Below the pieces are notes generated by a model, which saw only the letters and a list, made by a program, of their open reading frames with translations, made no database searches and had not been told where the DNA came from. The translations under genes were made by a program, and so were the position numbers. A stretch of 64,000 nucleotides of DNA from Eledone cirrhosa (Eukaryota): NCBI GenBank assembly GCA_964016885.1, contig OZ024741.1, positions 52,390,001-52,454,000 of the forward strand, read 5' to 3'. Positions 13,149 through 29,336 of this stretch are shown here, piece by piece (the first letter of the stretch is position 1; each line of letters opens with the position of its first letter).

Positions 13149-14018
13149 ATTGTTATACTTGGGGAGGGTCATATTTGTGTAATATTGCCAGAATTAATAA
13201 CAGAACACACTCACTGTTTGGTTGGTTTTTGCTTTTCGCTTCTGTGTCTTTTATATCGGTTAATTTAATTTATTCGGTCCTCAATGTTGCCATTGACTGA
13301 CCAACGGTCAAAAATACAGATACAATATAGACACAAACACATATATATAGTCTATCAAAGTTCTTTCGTTGCACATCTGCAACATCGTCAGTGGTGTTAT
13401 TGTTTCTTCTCGTTGCATTGTATTTTCTACGCCGTCTTTATTTAGTCTGTTTATATATTTATTTATTTATTTTTTTTTTTTTTTTTTGTCTTCTTTGCGC
13501 ATGCGTTTGCGTGTGTGTATAGTGTTTTGTTTGATGTGTGTTCGTGATTGGGTGACTGTGTATTGGTTAATGTATTCTATCTTTACTAGTGTGTGTTTAT
13601 ATGTGTTTGTTGTTATTGTGCTTGTGTATGTATTTATTTATTTATCTATTTATTTATTTATTTATACTTCTCTTAGGTCAGTGTTGTTTGTTTGGGTGTT
13701 GTTGTTATTCCATTCATTTTTTCTGTTTAGTCTTGGCCTTCTAAGTTCTATTTCACTGGCCTCTCTGATTTGCCTATCTGCTGGGTCATTTCTATGTTTA
13801 GATATTATTCTAATTTCTATGTTGTCTATGTTACCGTCGTGTTGTTGTCTGGCATGTTCATATAGTACTGAACCGTTTTTTCGTCCCTTTAGTTCCCCCA
13901 GTGTTGGTCTATCCTTTCATCTATGCTACGAACTGTCTCGCCTATGTATGTTGTTGTCATGTTTCTGCAAGTACCCTCTGTACATCTTATGCTATAGACT
14001 ACGTTTCTAGTTTTACAG
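13149..14018 (-). mobile_element. 5'-truncated PLE: GIY-YIG endonuclease remnant, 3'UTR and pLTR, between (TA)n runs
   Basis: Minus ~13700-14018: CKTRNVVYSIRCTEGTCRNMTTTYIGETVRSIDERIDQH (frameshift) ...SVLYEHARQQH...DRQIREASEIELRRPRLNRKNEW. Confidence 0.85.
13354..13395 (-). ncRNA. Minimal hammerhead motif
   Basis: acca-CTGACGA-tgttgca gatg tgcaac-GAAA gaac TT-tgat; sister copy at 25497-25538 (minus). Confidence 0.65.
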
Positions 14019-14074
14019 TATATATATATATATATATGCATTCCCCAATATATATATATATATATATATAATAT

Positions 14075-15763
14075 ATAAGATCAAAAGATGGTTAAAAGAG
14101 TTCCATGTATCTTATTATGCGCATTTCAAAAACAAATATCATCATTTGCGTTTTCGTCAGATAAAATAGGGAGACATGATATGTAGGTTAAAAAACACTT
14201 GTGAATAGTGCAGTTTTAAATCAACATATGAAAAGTAGTTTTAGATTGATGTGTGATATTGGGAAAAAAATTGAGGGGGAGGGTTGGAAAGGATGAAAAA
14301 GAGGAAGAGATGAGAGTAAAAAGTGGAGGGGCAGGAGTATAATAAGGAAGGATGAGATAGGAGGAGAGATGGGTGATAGAGAGAGAGAGAGATAGCTTTT
14401 ATAACTGAGAAAAATATATTGTTTTACATAGAGAGGTTAAAAAACCGTTGGAAGATAATATATAAATTAAAAGAATTTGAAAATTAATGAAGAGAAAAAT
14501 TTTAGAAAAATGTTAAATTAAGGTTTGTATATTGAAGGGTTTAATAATATGTGCGATGAAAAGAAATTATTAATATGTATTAAGAATAATATTTAAGGGT
14601 TTAATAATATGTGCGATGGAAAGAAATTGTTGATATGTAGTATTAAAAAAATATAAAAATATAACAATAGTAATGTAATTAAGGATATATTATGAAAAGA
14701 AGTAGAAGAGTGGATGAATAGGTGTAATATGTATAATGTTAGATGAGCATGAAAGGGAGAAAAAAATAATGAATTGAGGATGAATAATCTAACGTCAAAA
14801 AAATGTTTATGTTACGAAGGATTTTTCAAGGTGATATTATAAAGTATTTAAAAGGGTAAGGATATATTGTGGTGATTAATAATGTGAATTGAGAAGTATC
14901 TAGGAAGAAAAGGTACAGATTAGAGGTTAGAAATTAAAAGAAAAAGAAAAAAATAAAAGAAAAAAGGAAAAAAGAAAGAAAGGGAAGTGATAAATAGGAG
15001 TGATATAGAATGAGTAACTAGTATTATATAATGTATAATAAATAACATTGAAATAAGGTAGAAAGATGGGTATATTTTTAAAGAAATATATATGAGAAAA
15101 GGATTTTAAATTGGTAAAATATTAGATATTAGCTGTATACTTTATGGAATGTTCTGTGGAATTTATGCAAGCAGAGAGAAAACAAGTCAGTGCGTCTATT
15201 TATTATAGAATCTAAATTAGACATAATGGTAAATTTTTCACATAAACAGAGATTGCATGTCTTGGATAGAGAACCATTCAAGCAGAACAAACCTTTTTCC
15301 AAGAGATGTTATAGTAAATATTTTTGTCTTTCAAGGACCATATGAGTTCTGAAAGTGCCGTGTTGGTTCTTTTAAGTTGGTATTTAAAAGACGAATGATG
15401 ATTATAAAGACGAGCTTTAAAGGAGGTGGAAGTGGAGCCAAAATAGGTAAAGGAATTGGTGTCAGTTATAACTTTACATTCGTAGATTAAGTTTTTTTCA
15501 AGACAATGGTTGTTGAGAGGACATTTATTTTTAACAGGGCAATTACAATTGCGATTAGAGAAATTAACAGAGTTATTAACAAGTGACCTAGTGTTATCTA
15601 TAGAAGGAATTGGATTGGAGAAGTTATTTACGATAGGAATAATAGTTTCTTGATTTAGAATGGGATTAAGAACATTTAACGAAGTTGCGTTTGACGTTGT
15701 ATTTAGGTTATATCCTGTCTCCCTATTTTATCTGACGAAAACGCAAATGTTATCGCATGATGA

Positions 15764-15768
<5 letters not shown>
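14075..15768 (-). mobile_element. Degenerate Nematis-like PLE (GIY-YIG remnant ~15130-15560, AT-rich 3'UTR, pLTR) with short inverted pLTR piece at 15716-15768
   Basis: Minus: NCNCPVKNKCPLNNHCLEKNLIYECKVITDTNSFTYFGSTSTSFKARLYNHHSSF...TALSELIWSLK...*...CNLCLCEK; 15716-15768 is the reverse complement of ~14135-14176. Confidence 0.85.
14112..14164 (-). ncRNA. Minimal hammerhead motif
   Basis: ttat-CTGACGA-aaacgcaaat gatgat atttgttttt-GAAA tgcgca TA-ataa. Confidence 0.75.
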
Positions 15769-15846
<78 letters not shown>

Positions 15847-15972
15847 ATGTAAAAGATAATATATATATGCATTCCTCAATATATATATAGGGAGTGTAAC
15901 GTGCAGTCATTATAGGTTCGTCCGAGTGAGCACTCGATGCGTAGTTTCCAGACCCTGCCATTACCACAGCAG

Positions 15973-16049
15973 ATGTCCGAAGAGCTTTTTATTCCAGAGT
16001 CGGGCCCGATCGAACATTGAGCTCATCAATAGCGAAACCGCGCGTCACT
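15973..16049 (+). ncRNA. Hammerhead motif with CCGAAGA core and long stem II
   Basis: gt-CCGAAGA-gct...agc-GAAAC cgcgc GTC-ac. Confidence 0.55.
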
Positions 16050-16082
16050 AAATAGACGTAATGAAGACAACAAATAGTCGTC

Positions 16083-16126
16083 GTCTTCTTCTTCTTCTTC
16101 TTCTTCTTCTTCTTCTTCTTCTTCTT

Positions 16127-16156
<30 letters not shown>
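16083..16156. repeat. (CTT)n microsatellite
   Basis: Direct inspection. Confidence 0.95.
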
Positions 16157-16157
<1 letters not shown>

Positions 16158-16264
16158 AAATCACAAACATAAAACTAAACTATCAATTTAATAATTTAAT
16201 TCAATAAAACCACCATAAGCATCAATAACTATCTCTACGTGTGGTTGAAATCGTTTACAAGCTC

Positions 16265-17999
<1,735 letters not shown>

Positions 18000-18280
18000 T
18001 ACACATATATATATATGTATATATACACACATACACACATAGTATACTTTAATATATTCTTTTTATTGATTTATATTCCCCATTCCTTCCGTAGGTAATA
18101 TGTTCCTCACTTTGGTGGTTTTTGATCCCCTATGATTGAACACATAGCTCTATGTGTTCTTCTCACTATATGTTGATTTATAAAGAGCCCGGAATATATA
18201 TTCCTTGAGCTCCCTAAATCATAGGGAATTAATGTAAGTTTTTAACTCCGTTAATTAATTTGAAGAATATATATATATAT

Positions 18281-18460
18281 ATGGATCTCGGGAATTTTAC
18301 CCGCTCTAGATAGATATATATATCTATTTAGGGCGGGTAAAATTCCCGAGATCCATGGACGATTTCTCTCCAGCGGTCTCTGTCCCCCATCATCGCTGCC
18401 ATGTCCTGCGTCTCAACATATGTTAACCTTGGTCTTCCAGTGTGTGGCTTCTACAGTACT
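18281..18460. mobile_element. Two RTE LINE 3' ends tail-to-tail in (TA)n
   Basis: atggatctcgggaattttacccgctctaga (+) followed by its reverse complement; same 3' end at 28836-28960 (-) and 50243-50325 (+). Confidence 0.75.
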
Positions 18461-18643
18461 AGAACTGTTTTATTCGGGAGAAATCATCAGGAATATGTAT
18501 TGAGTACCTTACTTACTGTGGTTACCCCAGATTGAACCCAGGATAAACTATATATATATATATATTGGAAAAGAACAAAACAAAAACAAAGAGTGCAGTA
18601 CGAAGAGTGTTGGTATTAGGTTCACGCTTGAGAGTGGGGGGGG

Positions 18644-18677
18644 GGGGACGTTTCTGGCATAAGCCCTTCATCAGGAA
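18644..18677 (-). ncRNA. Minimal hammerhead motif
   Basis: CTGATGA-agggc ttat gcca-GAAAC GTC; stem I is poor; a degenerate relative lies at 20836-20869. Confidence 0.55.
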
Positions 18678-19035
18678 ACAGGTGGGAAGGAAAAGAGTTC
18701 CGAGAGGGTGTGAGGGGAGGAGTGGTGGAAAGACAGTAAAATAAAGGGAAAAAAATTAAAATGAAGGAAAATACATATATAAATATAGCGATGAGATGTC
18801 AACAGCTAAGTCCAATAACACCAGTATTCAATGTATCTAGTACTCTAAAGTTATGGAAAGTTGAGTTAAGATATTACAGAGATTTCTTTACGTGATGTCT
18901 GGGCTAAGAAGACATATAATAATAACACACACACGTGTTATTTTCAGTATTTCTTAATATTCTCGCTTTGTTCTATTGTTTTCTTGTTTCGTTTCATTAT
19001 CTTTTAATCTCTACCGATACTGCCAATTCACCGCA

Positions 19036-19225
19036 GGGCGGTGAATTGGCAGTATCGGTAGAGAGTCGGCCGCCATACTTTCCAGCATAGTTAAGTCTCT
19101 TTATGGTCTGTGTTCAAATCCCGCCGAGGTTAACTTTGCCTTTCATCCTTACGGGGTCGATAAAATAAAGTACCAGTAATGTACTGGGTATTTGCTGGCC
19201 TTGTGCCAAATGTAGAAACAATTAT
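19036..19225 (+). mobile_element. SINE family A
   Basis: Homologous to 3117-3339 and 25888-26078. Confidence 0.88.
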
Positions 19226-19510
19226 CTTTTAATCAGACTTATTTGTTTTCTTTGTTCTTTTTTAACTCGAAATTTGTCTCTGCTTCTTGTTGCTTTATGA
19301 TTTTCTATTTACAGCACTGAATCTCTCCAATTCATGTCTACCATTGACTTATTCTTCAGATAATCTTTACCTTCTTTCTGCAGTTCCAAGTCTTCGTCTC
19401 CTTTTGAAGATACTTATTGTATATTTGGAGAAATAGTGTCTTCATTTACTTTTACGATCTCATTTCTCACTTAATTCGTTATATGTTCTTCCGCCCACAT
19501 CTATCTTTAT

Positions 19511-19554
<44 letters not shown>

Positions 19555-19764
19555 CGTTTCTGAATTTGTTTAGCAAGATTCTTTATCTGAAAACGTGTGT
19601 TGAAACCGATATTGTTATACTTTGGGAGGGTCATGTTGCCAATAAGAAACACACGCACCAGTTGCTTTGACTTCAATTTATTATAAATTAAATTTATAAA
19701 TTTAGGAATTTATAAATTTCCTGTTGGCCCGTTGGTTCCACAACCAGACGATTGTTCGTATATT

Positions 19765-19807
19765 GTCAAAGTTCTTTCGTCACACATTCTGTGACCTCTT
19801 CAGTGAC
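19765..19807 (-). ncRNA. Minimal hammerhead motif (left arm)
   Basis: Reverse complement of 19869-19911. Confidence 0.72.
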
Positions 19808-19868
19808 TAAACAAGATGGCGTAGGACAGAAAAAAGGAGGGGCACAAAAACAAAGAAAAGCATCCCCA

Positions 19869-19911
19869 GTCACTGAAGAGGTCACAGAATGTGTGACGAA
19901 AGAACTTTGAC
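19869..19911 (+). ncRNA. Minimal hammerhead motif (right arm)
   Basis: gtca-CTGAAGA-g gtcaca gaatg tgtgac-GAAA gaac TT-tgac. Confidence 0.72.
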
Positions 19912-20654
19912 AATATACGAACAATCGTCTGGTTGTGGAACCAATCAACCAACCGGAAATTTATAAATTCCTAAATTTATAAATTTAATTTATAATAAAT
20001 TGAAGTGAAAGCAACTGGTGCGTGTGTTACTTATTGGCAACATGACCCTCCCAAAGTATAACAATATATATATATATATATATAATACAGGAAGGACGAT
20101 TAGTTAAGCCTTCCTCACGTTTATTGATTGGTGACGCGCGTTTCGCTATTGATCAGCTCAAGGTTCGATTTGTATCGATCTGGCCCGACTCTGAAATCAA
20201 TATATATATATATATATAATTTTTTAACTGAAAAGAAACTAAAAAACGAACTGGCGCGAAAGGTGATGTGCTTATTCACGTGACTGTATCAACCAACCAA
20301 ATTTCACTCATATATGAAAAAAACAATCTGAGTCCCCCCCCCCCCCCCTTTTTTTTAAAGGCAAATATAATAAGAACTTTGTAACGCGAACTTGTGCGAA
20401 ATTTATTTATTATACTTATTCACATGACAGTCATCAACCAATCAAATTACTTTTCTACAAACCTAGCATTTCGAGCCACTTTTTTCCACATAAAACAGAA
20501 GTAACATTCGAACACCAAACAGATGCGAGAAAGACCACAGACCCTCCATCTCAATTCTACTTTTGAAAAACATAAGAACTGCGAAACCGGTAAAGGAACC
20601 AAATAAATATTCATAAAAAGACTCCAGTTGCATTTTCGATTTCATCTTTTCTCT

Positions 20655-20767
<113 letters not shown>

Positions 20768-21393
20768 CTCAAGGAAATAACAGAGGTACAAAAAGTCTTA
20801 TTAGTTTCACACTTTATATGGGAGGGGGAAAGAAAGTCCGACGTGTCGGGCTTTAACCCTCCTTCAGGAATACAAAAATAGAGACAAGGTCACAATGTAT
20901 GTATATATATTAAAAAATATAAAGACAGGATTCTACTTTTTCATATGTGCATTTCCGTGTGGACTGTAAGTCGTTGCGTAACATTAATTTTGTTGGATAC
21001 ACACACCTTTATCATATGTCATGTTTCAAGTAAACAAAACTATTACATAAAATTGGTGATACGATGGACTTAGGATGCTTAATGTTTCGAATTCGATTTT
21101 TATGTAGTATTAAAATCTTAAAGTTTCTCTTTATGTGTTGGTAGGCGTGGTGTAAGTATGGTGGTTGGTTTAAAACTACTTTGAACAGCTTGCTAGATGT
21201 CTAAGTCATCGAACCTTTAAGGGAAATGTAACCTAATGACCAAGTCATAAATAAACTTAAATGTTTCTTAAGACCACTGACAGCAGAGGGCTGAGGGTCT
21301 GTTGGCGATGTCGGTCAGTAAATCCTTTAATCAAGATTTACTTACTCATAAACACAGAAACCGACACACACACGCACACACGCACACACGCAC

Positions 21394-21457
<64 letters not shown>

Positions 21458-21857
21458 ATACACACGCGCGCCCCTGCAAACGATCGTTTCCGTTTAGTAT
21501 TTCCACACACAAAGTTATTTTCAAACGTCTTCACTCCATACACTATCATACTCAGATTCCATTCTTTCTATCATATATACCTTATTTATTCTATCATATA
21601 TATCATATTCTATCTCTATATACCTTATTTACCACGCTAATCTCTCTAATTGTTCCCATGAGCTCTATCTTCCTTCTTTCAACCTATTCTCTTTTAGTTT
21701 ATACCATACAAGGTGATCTCTCTTGTCCTTTGCTTTCTCAAACTTTCTTCCAAATCCCTATATTTTACTGTCAGTTCGATTGATTGAATGAATGAATGCT
21801 CCCTATTTCTCTCTTCCCATCTAACACTGTCAATCTTCCATGTATTTATATATCTAT

Positions 21858-22296
21858 CCATCATCATCAAGCAGTCAGTCGAAGCGACTATAACTGTTCA
21901 TGGCTTTGGTATGGCTTGATAACATTTCTTCATACTGTTCGATGGTTTAACGCTTGAGTTTGCCATTTGTTATGATCACTTCTTTTCCACTTTATTCCTT
22001 TTCCTAGTATCTTTGAATCTCAGTCTAGGTCTTCCTTGGATTCTTTTCCCCGTGCATAGTTGGGAGTAAAGAAATTGCCTGGGGAGTTTACTGTTGTCCA
22101 TCCTGTGTACGTGGCCTAACCATCGTAAGATCTTATCAATAAGGATTTAAGAGGCAGACCAGTACGCCAGGGGTTCTCTTCATTCCTGATCTTCTCAAAC
22201 AGAGTAATATTCATGATTTGCCGCAGCTGTCTCTCCATATATGTATATAATTTGTCTGATTCAGCTTTATAGACTGTCCAGGTTTCAGCTCCAATA
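21858..22296 (-). mobile_element. RTE-clade LINE 3' fragment (decayed)
   Basis: Minus: GAETWTVYK...RQLRQIMNI...IRNEE...LRWLGHVHRMDNSKLPRQFLYSQL...QGRPRLRFKD with frameshifts; (GAT)n tail. Confidence 0.85.
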
Positions 22297-22426
22297 CATA
22301 TGTATTCATTATACGTATTCATTATACGTATTTTTATTTTTATTTTAGCGCAGTCACTGCTATCTTTACAATGAAAAGAAAGTATTTGAAAGCAGCAAAC
22401 AAAAAAGGGGACATGAGATATACCCT

Positions 22427-22462
<36 letters not shown>

Positions 22463-22581
22463 AAGAGAGAGAGAGAGAGAAGATGAAAAGATGGATAGAT
22501 AGATGTGTAAGTCGATGGATATAAAACAAATAGATAAATCGATAAATAGATATATGCGTAGCAGATAGAAACATATACATC

Positions 22582-22684
<103 letters not shown>

Positions 22685-23154
22685 ATACATATACATATAT
22701 AGTAATGTATAGATAGATAGCCACACAAATGGATATACAGCCAGCTAGCGAGTTAGATGAATAGGAGATAAAGAGAGCGTTGGATTGACCAATCAATACA
22801 TCGATGAATTGATTTCTGTTCTTTTGCTAAAATCCATGAAGTTTTTCCCACCTTATCTGCGAGATGCTTCGTCAAATCCAATCAGATTGATACATAAGAT
22901 TTTCTCATCCATCCGACACCACACTATTCGCTACACAAATCTATATACCACCCCATCCAATCCGTTGCACAGTTCTTCCAGTACATTCTTCCCTCAGCTC
23001 TTCAATTCTCTATCCTTTACCGTTTCGCTTCGCTGCCTTTAAGATTTATAGCTTCACAGATTCGCTATTCTGTCATTCCGAATTCTGGCCGGTATTCCAT
23101 TCGTTTCTCTGTTTATCTCCTCTCAAACCGTTTTTGTCTTTTTCACTATGATCG

Positions 23155-23243
<89 letters not shown>

Positions 23244-23307
23244 TCCCTCTCTCCTATATCTATATACGTATGTATGAATGTATGTATGTATGTATGCACT
23301 TATTTAG

Positions 23308-23381
<74 letters not shown>

Positions 23382-23791
23382 GAAAATAGAGAAATTAATA
23401 TGAGCTAGAAGCCAACAGTATTTCATAATATAAATACACACACATATATATATGTATGTATTATATTTATATATATATATATATCTGTATATCAGTGTAT
23501 ATATAGTTACATATATGTATAAGTAGCACACAAAAACACAAACACAAACACATATTTGTACATATGTGTGCAGTTGTATGTGAATGTATGTATGTATGTG
23601 TATATATATATATATATATTTTATATATATACGTGGATGTGTGTACATCTGTCTCTGAATGCATGTGTTGTGTTATTTTCCCCTTCCTCTGTTGTTAGTG
23701 GGGAAAATATCGAAATCTTATAAAATATAACAACATTACAAATCTCAAAGAAACACATTGAATTAGAGATTAAATTATACAGACAGACACA

Positions 23792-23838
<47 letters not shown>

Positions 23839-23842
<4 letters not shown>

Positions 23843-24023
23843 TTATAAATTAATAAAACCAGAACGTGCATTCACATAAATACAGACACACAGACACATA
23901 AACACACTAATGTGAATGCACGTTCTGGTTTTATTATTTTATAAATTTTAACCAATAGATATTGAGAGAACCGGTTTCTAGCATAGAAACAAAACTCTTT
24001 CATTGAAATTTAGACATCAACTC
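23839..24023. mobile_element. Small fold-back (arms 23839-23878 / 23911-23949) next to a degenerate minus-strand hammerhead-like motif
   Basis: taaaaccagaacgtgcattcacat / atgtgaatgcacgttctggtttta, directly after (TA)n. Confidence 0.55.
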
Positions 24024-24469
24024 GGTAGATATGTATGTATGTCTATAGATGTTTGTGTGTGTGGGCAGGTATGGATGTTATTGCATGTGTGAATGTGTAT
24101 GCTTTGAGTTATATGAGTACACATGCATATGTTTCTGTGACTATACATGCTTATATGCAGCTATTACATGATGAATTTCTGAAATGTTTTACATATTTTT
24201 ACAGTTCCATTAATAGACTGTATTTGCAACTTCCCAAGAAGGCGTGCTCTTTCTGGTTCTGTGAAGCCTAGCTTCTTAAAATCTGTACTGAGGCTGTTAA
24301 TAACATATCCTAGAACCCAATGATCACAGGTTGAAATTTAAAGATACAGTCAGGTTGAGGTGTCTGTAGATTCCTTATTAGTTCAGCATAAATATTCTCT
24401 TTATATTCACTAAACATTCGCATTATGTTGACATCTGCTGGGTAGATGATTTCCGCTATTGTACATGCT

Positions 24470-24630
24470 TTCAGGCCCTAACGCGTCTTTCCGTATCCGC
24501 CATTCCTTCACCTGCACACCCACCCATGTTGTCTATGACCTCCGGTATTCCCTTTGCGGGTCTTTATATATCGGACAAACGGGACGCCGAATGGTGGACC
24601 GTTTTGCCAAACATTTGAGGGACATTCTTC
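24470..24630 (+). pseudogene. PLE (Neptune-like) GIY-YIG endonuclease fragment
   Basis: GPNASFRIRHSFTCTPTHVVYDLRYSLCGSLYIGQTGRRMVDRFAKHLRDI. Confidence 0.8.
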
Positions 24631-25234
24631 CCTACATGTTTCAGTCCTGGGTGTCCTTTCACATCATTGATCACAGGCCTCGCGCACCAGGACTGAACAA
24701 TGAAATTTTAGTCCAGACTCGAGGTGTCTCTAGATAAGTTCCAAGCCTCGAGGATAAATCCAGGATAGGATATATCCGCATAAAAGGAACGAAATTGCCG
24801 GCAGTCGGGACTGGAGGAATTTTGGTAAAGTTTATATGCATTTTTTCTTCTAACTTCTATTTAGACCTAACCCCGTTCAATTGATTATTTGTCTAGTCAT
24901 TTTCTACGGGCTAAAAGGAATGACTAGATACATTTTATCTGGCTGTCCCTCGTGGAAGATAGTCTATATCATTGGTCTATTATTTCTTCATAGTTACATT
25001 TTAAGCTTATAGCCTCGTTTAAATGATTATTTACGTGGTTGATTTCTACGGAATAGGGAGAGGAAAGACTGTATATATTTTATCTAATAATTCTTCAAAC
25101 TTGCAATTTTATATATAGCTCTGATTAATAATTATTTGCTTAATTAATTCTTCATTGAGCCACACCGTGAAAGGTAACCACACTCATATATGTATCTGTG
25201 ACTATGTCTAAATATTTACATATATCCCTATGAA

Positions 25235-25308
<74 letters not shown>

Positions 25309-25310
<2 letters not shown>

Positions 25311-25570
25311 TGTTATACTTGGGGAGGGTCATATTGTTGTAATATTGCCAGAAATAATAACAGAGCCCACTCTCTGTTTGGTTGGTTTTCGCTTCTGTAT
25401 CTTTTATATCTCCATAGTTTATTTATTTGGCAATCAATGTTTTTCATTGATTCACCAGTGGTTAAAAATACAAATATAAATATATATATATAGTCTATCA
25501 AAGTTCTTTCGTTGCACATCTGCAACCTCGTCAGTGGTACTATTATGTTTCCTCCTATTGTATTGTATTA
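25309..25570 (-). mobile_element. PLE pLTR fragment with hammerhead (25497-25538)
   Basis: Homologous to 13149-13420. Confidence 0.75.
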
Positions 25571-25701
25571 GACATACAATACAATATACCCCTACGGCTG
25601 AGCTTTCGGGATCTTGAATCTTTTCAAATTATCCACTCTACTATCCCAAGTATTGAGTACTCTGGCGGGTTATGGTCCACCTGGTATTTTACCACACCCT
25701 A

Positions 25702-25797
<96 letters not shown>

Positions 25798-25887
25798 TAA
25801 AAAGGTGAAGTTGGAAATAGCACAGGAGATATATTTACGGGTCTGTTTTTCTTTTTTGATTCGTCAAAGTGACGTTATTGAAAATAA

Positions 25888-26078
25888 GGGCGGTGGATTG
25901 GCAGTATCGGTAGAGGGTCGGACGCCATGCTTTCCAGCATAGTTACGTTCCTTTACGATCTAAGTTCAAATCCCGCCGAGGTTGACTTTGCCTTTCATCC
26001 TTACGGGGTCGATAAAATAAAGTACCAGTAATGTACTGGGTAATTGCTGGCCTTGTGCCTAAAGTAGAAACAATTATT
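25888..26078 (+). mobile_element. SINE family A
   Basis: Homologous to other family A copies. Confidence 0.88.
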
Positions 26079-26112
26079 GAAAATATAGTGTTATTAAAAG
26101 AAGAGAGTAAAA

Positions 26113-26405
26113 CCCCCTTCGGTCACGAATGACCATGGGATTTGTACCTAGAAAATTCCCCCACCCCGAAGTACAAGTCTGGGAAAGGTTGTTTGTGGGA
26201 GACCAGCAGTCACCCATGCAACTAGTCTTCCTTCCTCACGCTACCGTTTTTGTCCAAGAGAAAGGCAATGGCCGATACAGCTTGACACCAGTGATGTCGC
26301 AACTCATTTCTACAGCTGAGTGAACTGGACTTACGTGAAATAAAGTGTCTTGTTCAAGGACACAACGCATCACCTGGTCGGAAAATCGAACTCACAACCT
26401 CACGA
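26113..26405 (-). mobile_element. tRNA-headed SINE, family C
   Basis: B-box gagttcgatt on minus strand; homologous partial copies at 28470-28655 (-) and 33391-33608 (+). Confidence 0.75.
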
Positions 26406-26944
26406 TTTCAAACATAAATATATATTTTATGGAGTACTAAGTTAAATAATCGTCTGACTGGTCTTAACTAGTATCACCTTATCTATCTATATATCTATAT
26501 ATCAAATGTTGATCTAAGTGCCGAGACAGCTACATATTTTCAAGCAGCCTTCTTGTCATTGAATGATGTATAAAGTTCATTCCTATTTGTCATTCCGGAT
26601 AACGTGATGTAGTCAGTAGCCTAACGATTGTTAGTTATTCTGGAACGATTAGTGTATGGAGATAAAATGTTCATGCGATCCATAAGAGTGGTAATACCTT
26701 ACTTTTAGCAGAACTTTAGTAAAATCTCAGTGAAAATTACGAAATACTGTTACCAAGTAACAGTTTATATTAATTATTAAAGAGCACTGTCAACGTCCGG
26801 CCTCTTTGTAAAGAGATATCGCGGTCTGTTTCAATATATGTAATCCTCAGAGAGACAGTTTCACGCTTCAACGAATAAAGAGGGGTTTTGTCGAGTATGA
26901 AGCAGGTTATACTAAACAAGCCATTTCATTAGTATATATGTATG

Positions 26945-27018
<74 letters not shown>

Positions 27019-27027
27019 CATATATAA

Positions 27028-27094
<67 letters not shown>

Positions 27095-27096
<2 letters not shown>

Positions 27097-27772
27097 ATTG
27101 TTATACTTTGGGAGGGTCATGTAGCCAATAAGAAACACACGCACCAGTTTCTTTCACTCTAATTTATTATAAATTAAGTTATAAATTTAAGAATTTTATA
27201 AATTTCTGGTTCGCTGGTTGGTTCACAGAGGCAATAAACATAAATAAACTCCAACCAAAATTAAATAGAAAACATGAATGGAATAGCAACATCATAACTT
27301 ACAATTAAGAACAAAATGAAAACGCACACACATAGAACAAACAACCAACTAGTAACATGTAAATAAACAAATAAATAAACAAATAAAAACACACACAGAC
27401 ACCTGGATGTAACACATGCGCAAACTAAGCACACAGCACACACAAAAATAAGATGGCGTAGGACAGAACAAAGGAGAGGCACAAAACAAAGAAAAGAATC
27501 CCCGGTCACTGATGAGGTCACAGAATGTGTGACGAAAGAACATTGATAATATATGAACAACCGTCCAGTTGTGGAACCAACCAACCAACCAACCAACCAA
27601 CCGGAAATTTATAAATTTCTTAAATGTATAATTTAATTTATAATAAATTGGAGTGAAAGCTACTGGTGCGTGTGTTTCTTATTGGCAATATGACTCTCCC
27701 AAAGTATGACAATATCGATTTCAACACACGTTTTCACATAAAGAATCTTGCTAAACAAATTCAGAAACGATA
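27095..27772 (+). mobile_element. PLE 3' end with inverted pLTR (arms 27095-27223 / 27593-27716), last endonuclease codons, hammerhead at 27505-27547 and tail
   Basis: ~27254-27290 encodes PKLNRKHEWNS (compare LNRKNEW at ~13715); gtcaCTGATGA ggtcaca..tgtgacGAAA; flanked by (TA)n. Confidence 0.85.
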
Positions 27773-27881
27773 TATATATACATATATACAAATGGAAGTT
27801 CAGCAAAATCGAAGCTCTGGCTGTGGCCAAACTAACGACCTACAATTATGTATGAGCAGCAAAGCACTCAATAAGGTAGGC

Positions 27882-27945
<64 letters not shown>

Positions 27946-28149
27946 GTGAGGTTTTTTTACAAAATGAAAAATAACCGAGGTGTCCTACACGAGTGAAAGT
28001 ATAAAGAAAAAAAGATGAAATCGAAAATGCAACTGAAGTCTTATTTAAAAAAATATATATATATTTATTTGGTTCCTTTACCGGTTTCGCAGTTCTTCTC
28101 CTTTTCAAAAGTAGAGTTGAGATGGAGGGTCTGTGGTTTTTCTCACATC

Positions 28150-28180
<31 letters not shown>

Positions 28181-28469
28181 TGTATATATATATATACATA
28201 TATGTATTTGCGGAATTATATAACAGAATTACGTTGAACACAAAGAGAGTTTGGAAAATAGAAAATAGAGGACCGATTCGAGATCACCCTGCCAATTCAG
28301 TGTTATAGCCATGGCAGTCGGTCCCTGAATTGGTAATCTATTTGCTACTTTTCCATTTTTTATTTTTTATTCTGTTTGTATTCAACGTAGTTCTGTTATA
28401 TACTTCCACAAAAACACCTGATGATATCGTCTAGTCTTGCACCATGATCTGATGATAAGGCTGGATCAT

Positions 28470-28655
28470 TGTCGCCCAAGGGAAGGGCAAAGGACGATAC
28501 AGCTTGGTACCAATGACGCCGCAACTAATTTCTACAGCTGAGACAGCTGGAACAGCCTGAAGGTAAATGTCAAGGATACAACGCATCATTAGGTGCGGGA
28601 ATCGAACTCACAACCACACGATCTCTAACCACTAAGCCACGTACCTTCACACGCT
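28470..28655 (-). mobile_element. SINE family C, partial
   Basis: Matches 26255-26405 plus a tRNA-like head. Confidence 0.7.
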
Positions 28656-28713
28656 TACACACACAAATATATATATGAATATATGTATTGTGTATACATA
28701 CATAAACAAAAAC

Positions 28714-29231
<518 letters not shown>

Positions 29232-29257
29232 TATATATATATATATATATACATACT

Positions 29258-29336
<79 letters not shown>

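Larger units (their letters stand above)
19549..20067 (-). mobile_element. Fold-back PLE pLTR element (arms 19609-19807 / 19869-20067, tail 19549-19608) in (TA)n
   Basis: ~200-bp near-perfect inverted repeat; same family as 27095-27772. Confidence 0.88.

Noticed and set aside
19609-20067. Fold-backs as DNA-transposon MITEs
   Set aside because: Variable inversion points, one-sided tails, hammerheads and linkage to GIY-YIG codons fit PLE retrotransposition better.
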